This document shows positions 1 to 14,881 of a DNA stretch of 64,000 bases, in pieces. The DNA is taken from positions 341,620,001 to 341,684,000 of the forward strand of contig OZ024743.1 of assembly GCA_964016885.1 (NCBI GenBank). The letters are read 5' to 3'. This DNA comes from Eledone cirrhosa. Its lineage: Eukaryota. Under the pieces are notes generated by a model, which saw only the letters and a list, made by a program, of their open reading frames with translations, was not told where the DNA came from and did not search any database. A program made the position numbers and the translations under genes. Position 1 is the stretch's first letter. Each line of letters starts with the position of its first letter.

Positions 1-363
1 TCGTTAATTCCTGAGCTGAAAACGATTCTCGCTAATTTATATTTATATATATATATATATATAAATAAACTATAAATTATGTCCATAGAATCATTTGATA
101 AGATATATACACCATTTCCTCTCCCAGTTAGCATAATGAACCACACAAGAAACCAATTAAACCAGGCTATAAGATTAAAAGGCACCTCTGAAGAAATAAT
201 AGATAAATAAACGACACCCATCTATTCGCGATCAACAGCTATAGAATGTTTACCCAGCATTTCAATAGCACGTGGGAATCGATTACATATATCGTCAACC
301 ATACACAATTAGGTATAAAATTAAAGTTTGAAGAAAAATTGCATATAGACATACCAGGATTAC

Positions 364-3570
<3,207 letters not shown>

Positions 3571-5262
3571 TAAATGTTCTTAATCCCATTCTAAATCAAG
3601 AAACTATTATTCCTATCGTAAATAACTTCTCCAATCCAATTCCTTCTATAGATAACACTAGGTCACTTGTTAATAACTCTGTTAATTTCTCTAATCGCAA
3701 TTGCAATTGCCCTGTTAAAAATAAATGTCCCCTCAACAACCATTGTCTTGAAAAAAACTTAATCTACGAATGTAAAGTTATAACTGACACCAATTCCTTT
3801 ACCTATTTTGGTTCCACTTCCACCTCCTTTAAAGCTCGTCTTTATAATCATCATTCGTCTTTTAAATACCAACTTAAAAGAACCAACACGGCACTCTCAG
3901 AACTCATATGGTCTTTGAAAGACAAAAATATTAACTATAACATCTCTTGGAAGAAGGTTTGTTCTGCTTCTTCATACTTGAATAATTCTCTATCCAAGAC
4001 ATGCAATCTCTGTTTATGTGAAAAATTTACCATTATAACTAATTTAGATTCTATAATAAATAGACGCACTGACTTGTTTTCTCTCTGCTTGCATAAATTC
4101 CACAGAACATTCCATAAAGTATACAGCTAATATCTAATACTTTACCAATTTAAAATCCTTTTCTCAAAGGCACATATATATATATACATATATATTTCTT
4201 TAAAAATATACCCATCTTTCTACCTTATTTCAATGTTATTTATTATACATTATATAATACTAGTTACTCATTCTATATCACTCCTATGTATCACTTCCCT
4301 TTCTTTCTTTTTTCCTTTTTTTCTTTTCTTTTTTTCTTTTTCTTTTAATTTCTAACCTCTAATCTGTACCTTTTCTTCCTAGATACTTCTCAATTCTCAT
4401 TATTACTGAGCACAATATATTCTTACTTCATAATATCACCTTGAAAAAATCCTTCGTAAACAAACATTTTTTTGACGTTAGATTATTCATCCTCAATTCA
4501 TTATTTCTGTCTCCCTTTCATGCTCCTATAACTTATACATATTACACTTATTCATCCACTCTTCTACTTGTTTTCACAATATATCCTTAATTACATTACT
4601 ATTGTTATATTTTTATATTTTTTAATAATACATATCAACAATTTCTTTCCATCGCACATATAAAGCCTTAAATATGTTTCTTAATACATATTAACAATTT
4701 CTTTTCATCGCACATATTATTAAACCCTTCAATATAAAACCTTAATTTAACATTATTCTAAAATGTTTCTCTTCGTTAATTTTCAAATTCTTTTAATTTA
4801 TATATTATCTTCTGAGGGTTTTTTTAACCTCTCTATGTAAAACAATATATTTTTCTCAGTTATAAAAGCTATCTCTCTCTCTCTCTCTATCACCCATCTC
4901 TCCTCCTATTATACTCCCCCCACTCCACTTTTTACTCTCATCTCCTCCTTTTTTTCATCCTCCCCCCCCTCAATTTTTTAATCCTAATATCACACATCAA
5001 TCTAAAACTACTTTTCATATGTTGATTTAAAACTGCACTATTCACAAGTGTGTTTTAACCTTCATATCATGTCTCCCTATTTGATCTGACGAAAACGCAA
5101 ATGTTATTGCATGATGATATTTGTTTTGGAAATGCGCATAATAAAATACATGGAACTCTTTTAACCATCTTTTGATCTTATATATTATTTATACTCCAGT
5201 CCTACAAACTGTAGATTGCTACTTATCCGATAACTGCATTGCTTAATAAAACTCACCTCCTA
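3571..5262 (+). mobile_element. 5'-truncated Penelope-like element: GIY-YIG endonuclease, long 3' UTR and pLTR with HHR
   Basis: ORF to 4130 has a CNC-x-CPL-x-C linker, then LIYECKV...TYFGSTSTSFKARLYNH and CNLCLCEK. A pyrimidine-rich UTR follows, then an HHR at 5078, ending in (TA)n. Confidence 0.9.
5078..5148 (+). ncRNA. Type I hammerhead ribozyme in PLE pLTR
   Basis: TATTTGAT-CTGACGA-[stem II including CAAATGTTA/TGATATTTG]-GAAA-TGCGCA-TA|ATAAAATA, with palindromic ATGCGCAT stem III. The homologous copy at 61818 supplies TATTTTAT, the perfect complement of ATAAAATA. Confidence 0.75.
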
Positions 5263-5276
5263 CACATATATATATA

Positions 5277-5383
<107 letters not shown>

Positions 5384-5534
5384 ACACGGGTGTGTATGAC
5401 TGTGTATAGAAGATTATGTTAATAAAAGGAATTCCAACTTTGTCTGATTTACTCGTTTTATTTACAATACTTTAAAATTTATAATGGTATGAGAATGAAA
5501 TAGTATGGTAGAATATTAAATGTTAAGTGTTAAT

Positions 5535-5573
5535 TGAACAAGTACTTTTAAGCTTTCGCAATCTTCAGGTTCA
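5535..5573 (-). ncRNA. Putative minimal HHR lacking stem II, in a short repeat family (5380-5580; also 40905-41135)
   Basis: Minus strand TGAAC-CTGAAGA-TTGC-GAAA-GCTTAAAAGTAC-TT|GTTCA; stem I TGAAC/GTTCA. Confidence 0.55.
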
Positions 5574-5629
5574 TAATGTGTGGTGACAGTCAAGTTTGCA
5601 ATCTTCAAATCTTCAAATTGTAAACTTGA

Positions 5630-5922
5630 CTCTTAACCAGTTCAACCAGTTCCATGTCTCTGAATTTAGTTTTCTCAAAGAAGGTACTATGAAAGGATTT
5701 TTCATGAAGGCTGTTATTTCCTCCTTGGACATCCCCTGGTCTATTGTACTCTCCTACCGTACAATTCTGAGCATTGGCTCCTTACTATCAGTCACGTATT
5801 TGTATAGGTTGTTTTTCTTCATCTGAACACAGTCCTCTATGCTGATAAGACCTCTTCCAGCTTCAGATCTCCTTAAGTAGAGTCTATCGACATCACTCCT
5901 CTTGTGGAACATGTTGTAAATA
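5630..5922 (-). mobile_element. Fragment of R4/Dong-like LINE (diverged duplicate of about 6650-6960)
   Basis: Close sequence similarity to 6650-6960, e.g. ttcagatctccttaagtagagtctatcgacatcactcctcttgtggaacatgttgta. Confidence 0.8.
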
Positions 5923-5929
5923 TTCAATT

Positions 5930-7287
5930 ATTATTGTTCTTTTAGTCTCAGTCATTGATGTTAGTTAACTGGAAAGTTTGTTGAAATGAATATCAAGCCA
6001 CTACCTGCAGTCTCAGATATTCAAGACGTATCGGAGGGTTCTTGCTGTTCCATGCGTTCCAAAAAGCGTGGCGGGGCCAATTTTCTTTACCCATCCCTGG
6101 AAACTTTTTGAGATAGTACCTAGTGCGCCTATGACAATCGGGACCACTTTGACTTCATGGCAGTTCCAAATCCTTTTTAACCTCCCACTTTAAGTCCTGG
6201 TATCGGTTAATTTTCTCCCTCTCCTTCTCTTGCACTCTCGTCGAATGGGCAGGCCACATCCACAATCAGGCACGATCTTTTTACCTTGTCCAAAACCACC
6301 AGATCAGGTATATTGTGTTCCAGTTTCTTGTCCGTCTGTATCCTAAAATCCCACAGCACCTTCACAGGATCGTTTTCTATCACCGACTCTGGCTTATGCT
6401 CAAACCACTTCTCAGAATGTGATAAATTGTTTACTTTGCATAGGTGCCAGTGGATCACCCTGCCCATCACATCATGTCTCCAGCCTTTATAGTGAGTCTG
6501 GGCTAGGTGTTTACACTCGGATACAATGATACACAGATCGTGCACAGTGGGCTAGCCTCCTCCTTGTAAATATGGTGTTTCACCCACTTCGTTTTGAGGG
6601 CCTCCTCTTGCGCAGCCATTAGCATTCCTTCTGTAGCCTTTTTAAGGTCTCCTCTTCTCAACCAGTTCCATGTCTGTAGATCTCTGAATTCCGTTTTCTC
6701 AACGAAGGTAGTATGAAGGGATTTTTCATGAAGTTTGCTCTTTCTCCTCGTTGTTATTTCCTCCTTGGACATCCCCTGGTCTATTGCCATCTCCTTCAGT
6801 ACAGTTCTGAGCATTGGCTCCTTACTATCGGTCACGTATTTGTGTAGGTTGTTTTTCTCCATCTGAACACAGTCCTCTATGCTGACAAACCTCTTCCACC
6901 TTCAGATCTCCTTAAGTAGAGTCTATCGACATCACTCCTCTTGTGGAACATGTTGTAGATAGTCAATAGCTTCCTAGTCTTCCTATCCATTTCTTTTTGT
7001 TCAGCAACATTCCATCTCAGAATTCCCGCACTGTACCTAATAATAGACACAGCTCTGGAATTTACTGCACTTATGGCATTCCTACTGTTCAGATGTGACT
7101 TTAATACGCTCCTTACTCTCCGAATGTATTCAGTTCTTATCAATTCCTTCATCTTTTTGTTCTTGATATCATCAGCCTCCAGAATACCCAAATACATGTA
7201 TCCTTCTTCAGTGTCAATTTCCTTTATCATCTCACCTGTTGGTACCTGGATTCCGGTGATTCTGCTCAATTTACCCTCTTCATCACA
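5930..7287 (-). mobile_element. 5'-truncated non-LTR retrotransposon with restriction-like endonuclease (R4/Dong-like)
   Basis: RT C-terminus YMYLGILE, DRKTRKLL, DVDRLYLRRSEGGRGL; then AAQEEAL, RHD..HW.LC and LWDFRIQTD..HNIPDLVV..IVDVACP (PD-(D/E)xK REL). Flanked by (TTA)n. Confidence 0.9.
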
Positions 7288-7348
<61 letters not shown>

Positions 7349-8153
7349 AGCTCCATTTATCTTGCTTTATGTTCATACGAGTTATCACCAAGTCACAACC
7401 AGTGACCTCAAGAGACAACAAGGTCCGCCATGTTCAAGAAAGAACATACATACTCACACAGGCATCTTTAGTGTTTAGACTTGTGATGTACTTATATTGA
7501 CAGAATCTTCCTTAGTATATGGGCAGTTCCCATTAGTACTATCTTATGTATTTCTCCTATACGCGGGTTTCCTGGGATTTACGATAAGTAATCATTAGAC
7601 CCCTTAGGTATCATTCCCAGAGCGCCTACAACCACTGGTATTGTTTTAGTTCTCAATTTCCACATTTTTCCAATTTCTATCTCCAGGTCCTTATACTTGC
7701 TCAATTTTTCATATGTTTTTATAGATACATTCTTGTCTATTGGAACAGACATATCAATTAGCAGGCATACCCTCTTTTTAAAGTCCTTCAATATTATATC
7801 AGGTCTATTTGCATCTATTTTTCGGTCTGGTTGGATGCTAAAGTTCCACAAGATTGAGATGTGATCTTTTTCAAGTATGGGAGGTGGTTGATGCTCCCAC
7901 CAATTCTTTTGATGGGGCAGGTCAAAATGCTTACACATTATCCAATGTATGTATTGTGCAGCTCTGTCATGCCTGTTTAGGTATTCGGTTGGAGCTATAG
8001 GACTGCACATTGAAATTATATGGTCAATGGTCTCTGGTTGTTTTTTGCATACACGGCATAATGGGCTGCATCCATTTTTTATTATGTTGGCTTGGTAATT
8101 TTTTGTTGGCAGACACTGATCTTGTGCTGATATAATCAGTCCTTCAGTCTCCG

Positions 8154-8155
<2 letters not shown>
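7349..8155 (-). mobile_element. Second 5'-truncated R4/Dong-like REL LINE
   Basis: YLNRHDRAAQYIHW, LWNFSIQPD..ANRPDIIL..LIDMSVP..KLSKYKDL..IPVVVGALG; (TTA)n on both sides. Confidence 0.9.
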
Positions 8156-8231
<76 letters not shown>

Positions 8232-9204
8232 GCGTGTGGAACAGGTTTTCGTTTAGACGTTAATTTGAAAACACATCTACATACATGCATGTGTATTAGT
8301 ATGCATGCAAACTCTATTCACACAATGAAGAAATTATCCTATGCATACAAATTATTTTTTGATATCTATTCTGCTTGAGATACAGTTTCGCTCTCAAAAT
8401 TGCAATAAACCTTTGATTATCCTGTCCAAAGCCTATAATCAACGGATCTATTGTTGGCTAAATGAATTATTTTGAAATTTAACGAATTCAAAGTAGCAAC
8501 AAATATGACAACAGGAACACCAGCAACATCAAAGCAGATAATTTTAAATAGTATGATAGCAACATACACTCATAACTAATTCAACATATATATCCATAAA
8601 ATTGGAAATCATGAATGAGCTTTGAAATAGTTATCTGTTTATTCTATTGTTTACTTATGTAAATTTTTTCGTGCAACTACATATCATGTTATGTTGAGTA
8701 ACTGAACTTGAAACAAATGGCAACCTCATATAAGAAGCAAGAATGAAAAATATATATGCTTCAGCAGGATGTATTGAATAAATATCTACTCTGTTTATAA
8801 TAATACATATTAATATAAACAATTAGGGACAATAGTAGATAGAGATCTAAAGAAAATGTGAACATTATAATAAGTTTATATACAAACGTATAACTAGCAT
8901 GGTCTTTTATTCTCAGTAATGATATTCGGCAAACTATGAATTTAATGCAAATGTCATGTGCTGAAGGAACTTTGAACATTCCATGTTGAACTCTGTTCTT
9001 TTCTTGTAGATACCTTTAATTGGTCTAGAAACTTTGTTTAATCATACTTGGGAAGAAAAACAACAGAGTCTGGTAGACGTGGATTCGAAAAGTGGACATA
9101 TAGAGAGATAGAAAGAATATCTTTATGTGGGTTAAATTATTCCAGTTTTATGACAATGTTGAACGTCTAACGATAACGTCGAGTATTTGGGAATTTTGTA
9201 CTTT

Positions 9205-9590
9205 TTAAAGTACTTCTTTGGAAGAAGATTCAGGATGGAGAGAGAGGTGCTCTACCCCAGCAAGTTTTATGAAAGGTGGGTGAAAGTGGCGAGAATGGCC
9301 CCAGTGAATGGGCCTTCTCTATATATCAGCCTGTAGGCTGAGGAAAAGGAGGAGGAGAGGAAAGGAGTACAAACTCTTCGTACTCCTGGAGATGAGGGTT
9401 GCACATTTTTTCGGGGGTATGGTTTACCCATATGAACTGTCTCCCCCTATTGGGGAAAATCGACTAATTTTTTAAATTGCATTTGTGATAATATTTTACA
9501 CGTTTTTATGGTATGTAAACTTCCCCCTTTGTATTTGTCCCATTCTGTTGTGCCCATGTGGCTAATAAAGAAACATATCTATCTAGTTAT
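9205..9590 (+). mobile_element. L1/Tx1-group LINE 3' end (inverted duplicate of 10355-10725)
   Basis: Reverse-complement match to 10355-10725; ends in AATAAA followed by (TCTA)/(TC)n. Confidence 0.8.
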
Positions 9591-9597
9591 CTATCTA

Positions 9598-9654
<57 letters not shown>

Positions 9655-9657
<3 letters not shown>

Positions 9658-10200
9658 AGAGATAACAAAATATCGTTATAGGTAATCCAGTTAGAGGTTG
9701 TGAATACTTCTTATTATGGATAGTTTTAGCGTACAGCGTTGTTTGACTCAACAAGAGGTCTACGTAGATGGCGAGTTTATGATTTAGCTTGTATTCCTAT
9801 GTAAGTTTATCTTGGAGTAATAACATTGAAAAAGTGAAGAATAACAGGGTCAACAGTACACAAAAGGGGAATTTATTTACAGTCTAACAATTTTTTCTCT
9901 GATTAAGTTGTCTAAAAATTGCTGAACACTAGAAGCAATGTCACTCAATTTTAAATACGAGACTGACTTAATCAGAGAAACAATTGTTAGACTGTAAATA
10001 AATTTCCGTTGTTTGTACTGTTGAACATGTTATTCTTCACTTTTTCAATGTTATTACTCCAAGATAAACTTACATAGGAATACAAGTTAAATCATAAACT
10101 CGCCATCTACGTAAACCTCTTGTTGAGTCAAACAACGCCGTACGCTAAAACTATCCATAATAATAAGTATTCACAACCTCTAACTAATTTTGTTATCCCT
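9655..10200. repeat. Head-to-head pair of PLE-pLTR-derived family C pieces
   Basis: 9655-9915 is the reverse complement of 9965-10200; same family at 29205-29570, 31170-31355 and 34172-34725. Confidence 0.8.
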
Positions 10201-10338
<138 letters not shown>

Positions 10339-10354
10339 TAGATAACTAGATAGA

Positions 10355-11145
10355 TATGTTCCTTTATTAGCCACAGGGGCACAAAAGAAGGGGACAAATA
10401 CAAAGGGGGAAGTTTACATACCATAAAAACGTGTAAAATATTATCACAAATGCAATTTAAAAAATTAGTCGATTTTCCCCAATACGGGGAGACAGTTCAT
10501 ATGGGTAACACATACCCCCGAAAAAATGTGTAACCCTCATCTCCAGGAGTACGAAGAGTTTGTACTCTTTTCCTCTCCTCCACCTTTTCCTCAGCCTACA
10601 GGCTGATATAGAGAGAATGCCCATTCACTCGGGCCATTCTCGCCACTTTCACCCACCTTTCATAAAACTTGCTGGGGTACAGCACCTCTCTCTCCAACCT
10701 GAATCTTCTTCCAAAGTGGTATTTGAAAAAAAGAATCAGTTGTTGGCTGGAGAGAAAGGTGTCTGACCTCAGCCCTTTCAACCTTGTCCACCATACAACC
10801 TCTTTCGCCATAGCTATCACACAAAGGAAAACCGCCTCTCCTTCGTTTTTGAAGGAGGGTGGCGGTTTGATCATGACAATGGACTCGGTGGTCAACCGGA
10901 TTAGTCCCACCCGTGACAATAGTCGTTCTACATAGCCCCACAGGCCAGTGACGCCCGGGAGGTATATGAATGCATGCGCGACGGTTTCTTCGTCTCGCAC
11001 GCACCTCGGACAGATCTTTTTTGCAGGGTCCCTGCCCGAGCGCCCATGTCTGTAGAGCTTGTCTCGAACTGGTAGAGCTCCTCGGTAGCACTGCCACGCC
11101 AGGGACTTTTGGAAGTTGTCCATCGGTCCCGGGTGGAAGGTCCTA
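10355..11145 (-). mobile_element. 5'-truncated L1/Tx1-group LINE (C-terminal zinc-binding region and 3' UTR)
   Basis: ORF 10596..11123 has LAWQCYRGALPVRDKL..CPRC..EETVAHAF, typical of the zf-RVT region; bounded by (GATA)n tracts. Confidence 0.8.
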
Positions 11146-11187
11146 CCGAACAGAATGGATAGATAAATAGATAGTAGGATAGATAGG

Positions 11188-11240
<53 letters not shown>

Positions 11241-11500
11241 CGATATGGAGAGCTTAGATAGAGTAAATTGATTGTGTATATCATTTCAGAACACGTTTGT
11301 TCCCGTTACGGCAAAGGTAGTCGACAGACAGTGGATTGTGATGGTTCTGAAAATGTAATTCCACTGGTATTTAGGATATTGCTTGTATGAAAATCGTTTT
11401 CATTTCTGAAACAATAGTGTATTTCGTGTGATCATTTTACAAGGAAGCTTCTAATCGCCCCACATTCTGCAAGGAATTGTAATTATCTCTTTATCAAATA

Positions 11501-11945
11501 CTAGGTGAGGTACCTGGCTTCGCCCTGGAGAACAGAGAAAACGACTGTATTAGATGCGTTGTCTGCTATGAAGTGAGACCGTAATGTGTGTGAGTGTGCG
11601 AGAGAGAGATACAAAAAAACAATCATAAAACTTCTTTATTAGGCTGGTGGAGTTAACTATCGATTAAATGGCAGCATTGGGTTTGGATTTCAAATGGTGT
11701 GAAATAACCATAGTCAGTATCTTTTTCAGCTCCATATATATATATACCAAATAACATTTCTTCTGACGTGTAGCTTCGTAAGGACGGACTGTAAGTACTA
11801 TATGGATAAAAGCTGGAGGGTAGATTAATTTCAACTAATATGAATTTTTCTTTGTTCTGTAAAATCAAAGACTGTAAATCGACATTATAAAAGCCAACGC
11901 AAGATTGTTAAACCTTCAACTGATACTTTTGCGGGACGTCACACA
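11501..11945 (-). mobile_element. Possible non-autonomous Helitron (3' end visible; other end uncertain)
   Basis: Minus strand CCAGGGCGAAGCCAGG-TACCTCAC-CTAG|T at about 11501-11530 resembles a Helitron hairpin plus CTAG. Confidence 0.4.
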
Positions 11946-11954
11946 CACTCACTC

Positions 11955-11978
11955 ACTCTCTCTCTCTCTCTCTCTCTT

Positions 11979-12015
<37 letters not shown>

Positions 12016-12191
12016 CTCCCTTGCTCTCTCTCTCTCTATCTCTCATTCTCTCTCTCTCTCTGAATATCTAGCACTTTAATTGTATCTCTCTCTGTATAAT
12101 GGCTTATCTCTCTCTTTCTGCCTCTCCCTCTGTGTGTCTCTCTCTCTTTAGATGTGTGTGTATGTATTTGTATGTGTGTGCGTGCGTGTGT

Positions 12192-12238
<47 letters not shown>

Positions 12239-12308
12239 TGTGTGTGTGTGCGTGTATGTGTGTGTGTGTATGTGTGCGTGTGTGTGTGTGTGCGTGTGTG
12301 TGTGTGTA
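11955..12308. repeat. (TC)n/(TG)n compound microsatellite
   Basis: Directly visible. Confidence 0.95.
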
Positions 12309-13279
12309 TACCATACTGTCTTAGAAAAGGTTATATATACAGAATAAACTAATACTGTTCATATGTGTTTGTTTATATACCTGTAAAAAATATATTTGCT
12401 TTCTTGTATATGTCTTATCGTGTGTAGCTTTGTGGGATTGTATGAACCATTTGGTTTATAAATATAAATGTAAGTGTGCTGGCTAGGTTATATTCATTGA
12501 TACTACCTGCAGAGATACTTCAGTTTCGCGATCTGCAGACTGCATTTTCAACGATACCTTTGACTTTTTTCACCTTCTATGCAGTTATTCCGAATGTGTT
12601 CAGATTTGAGTAGAATTAGAATACTTTTAAATTTGTCTTGATTTTTAAATACATTATTCAATGCACCTGCTATTAGGTTCTCTCGTTTTGTTACTGAGTT
12701 TCCTGAAAAGCTTGTTCTAATTTAACCTCAGATAAGATCAGATTAAACAGAAGGGTTAATATTTTCTGGCATTGTGTACCAAGGACTAATTCCTTAAATG
12801 TAGAATTCCATATGAGAGAAGCCTAACCTATGTTTCTAGCATATCAATTGCCCGAAGGAATATTCTCTTAATCTACTTGAACAACTTGACATCAAAAGCG
12901 ATTGCGATATTAAGGTTATGATGGGAACTTATTTATGTTTATCATTGCTACATGGTACATGGCTTCCTAGCTAGAACAAGAAACATGACCTCGTAAAATG
13001 GATAGCAGGTGAGCTTAACCAAGGCTAATATGGCGCTAGACCACAATAAGTATCATTTGCAGAAAACCTTACGAGCGTAAAAAGTTAATAAAACTGAATA
13101 ATAATGCATTTCTCGGTGTGATTTGTTAATTTCCTGATGACACCTACCATCCAGGCTTCAGTCACTCCTATTTGGCTGGCGTAATGGGATTTTCATCTAT
13201 GTTTATTCAGTGATTTCTTGCTCAACGGAAAAGTATATATCTCTTTTCATGAGAATCTGATATATATATATGTATATAT

Positions 13280-13460
13280 ATAACGAAGGAAATCTGGTAA
13301 GGAACCAGGTGGACCATAACGCACCAAAGTACTCAATACTTAGGGTAGTAGAGTGGGTAATAGGAACAAGTAAGACCCCGACGGCTGAGCTCAAGCCGTT
13401 TCGACGGAATTAGCCGTCGAAACGGCTTGAGCTCAGCCGTCGGGGTCTTACTTGTTCCTA
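13280..13460. repeat. PLE pLTR-end fragment forming a perfect palindrome in (TA)n
   Basis: 13361-13407 and 13414-13460 are perfect 47-bp inverted arms; homologous to 26190-26320 and 29140-29190. Confidence 0.85.
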
Positions 13461-13551
<91 letters not shown>

Positions 13552-13560
13552 ATGTACATA

Positions 13561-13640
<80 letters not shown>

Positions 13641-13646
<6 letters not shown>

Positions 13647-14880
13647 AATATAGACATAGAATATTCGAAAATATTCTGTATGTTTATAATAAACATTTTG
13701 AAGACCTAATCGCTATAGAATAGAATACGTCACGTATTACAATTAGATTCTCGATAAAAGCAAGGGAAGTAATCTACGCGTTTCATTCTTGTTAGAAATC
13801 ATCAGGACTACATATCCAGTGCTTTTATCGAGAATGACACAGCTAGAGACTTATAGAATACTTAGCTGTGTACAGGAACTGGTTTGAAAGAGCGGCTGCC
13901 GGTCCGGCAGAAATTAGAAATTGGAATAAATGCTCTGAAATAGCGATATATATGTGAATATAGACATAGAATATTCGAAAATATTCTGTATGTTTATAAT
14001 AAACATTTTGAAGACCTAATCGCTATAGAATAGAATACGTCACGTATTACAATTAGATTCTCGATAAAAGCAAGGGAAGTAATCTACGCGTTTCATTCTT
14101 GTTAGAAATCATCAGGACTACATATCCAGTGCTTTTATCGAGAATGACACAGCTAGAGACTTATAGAATACTTAGCTGTGTACAGGAACTGGTTTGAAAG
14201 AGCGGCTGCCGGTCCGGCAGAAATTAGAAATTGGAATAAATGCTCTGAAATAGCGATATATATGTGAATATAGACATAGAATATTCGAAAATATTCTGTA
14301 TGTTTATAATAAACATTTTGAAGACCTAATCGCTATAGAATAGAATACGTCACGTATTACAATTAGATTCTCGATAAAAGCAAGGGAAGTAATCTACGCG
14401 TTTCATTCTTGTTAGAAATCATCAGGACTACATATCCAGTGCTTTTATCGAGAATGACACAGCTAGAGACTTATAGAATACTTAGCTGTGTACAGGAACT
14501 GGTTTGAAAGAGCGGCTGCCGGTCCGGCAGAAATTAGAAATTGGAATAAATGCTCTGAAATAGCGATATATATGTGAATATAGACATAGAATATTCGAAA
14601 ATATTCTGTATGTTTATAATAAACATTTTGAAGACCTAATCGCTATAGAATAGAATACGTCACGTATTACAATTAGATTCTCGATAAAAGCAAGGGAAGT
14701 AATCTACGCGTTTCATTCTTGTTAGAAATCATCAGGACTACATATCCAGTGCTTTTATCGAGAATGACACAGCTAGAGACTTATAGAATACTTAGCTGTG
14801 TACAGGAACTGGTTTGAAAGAGCGGCTGCCGGTCCGGCAGAAATTAGAAATTGGAATAAATGCTCTGAAATAGCGATATG
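13641..14880 (-). repeat. Four tandem 310-bp HHR-bearing units (inverted arm of array, family A)
   Basis: Units start at 13641, 13951, 14261 and 14571; HHR cores at 13769-13811 plus 310n. Confidence 0.97.
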
Positions 14881-14881
14881 T

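Noticed and set aside
13133-13160. CTGATGA motif; also CTGAAGA at about 188
   Set aside because: No in-register GAAA or paired stems
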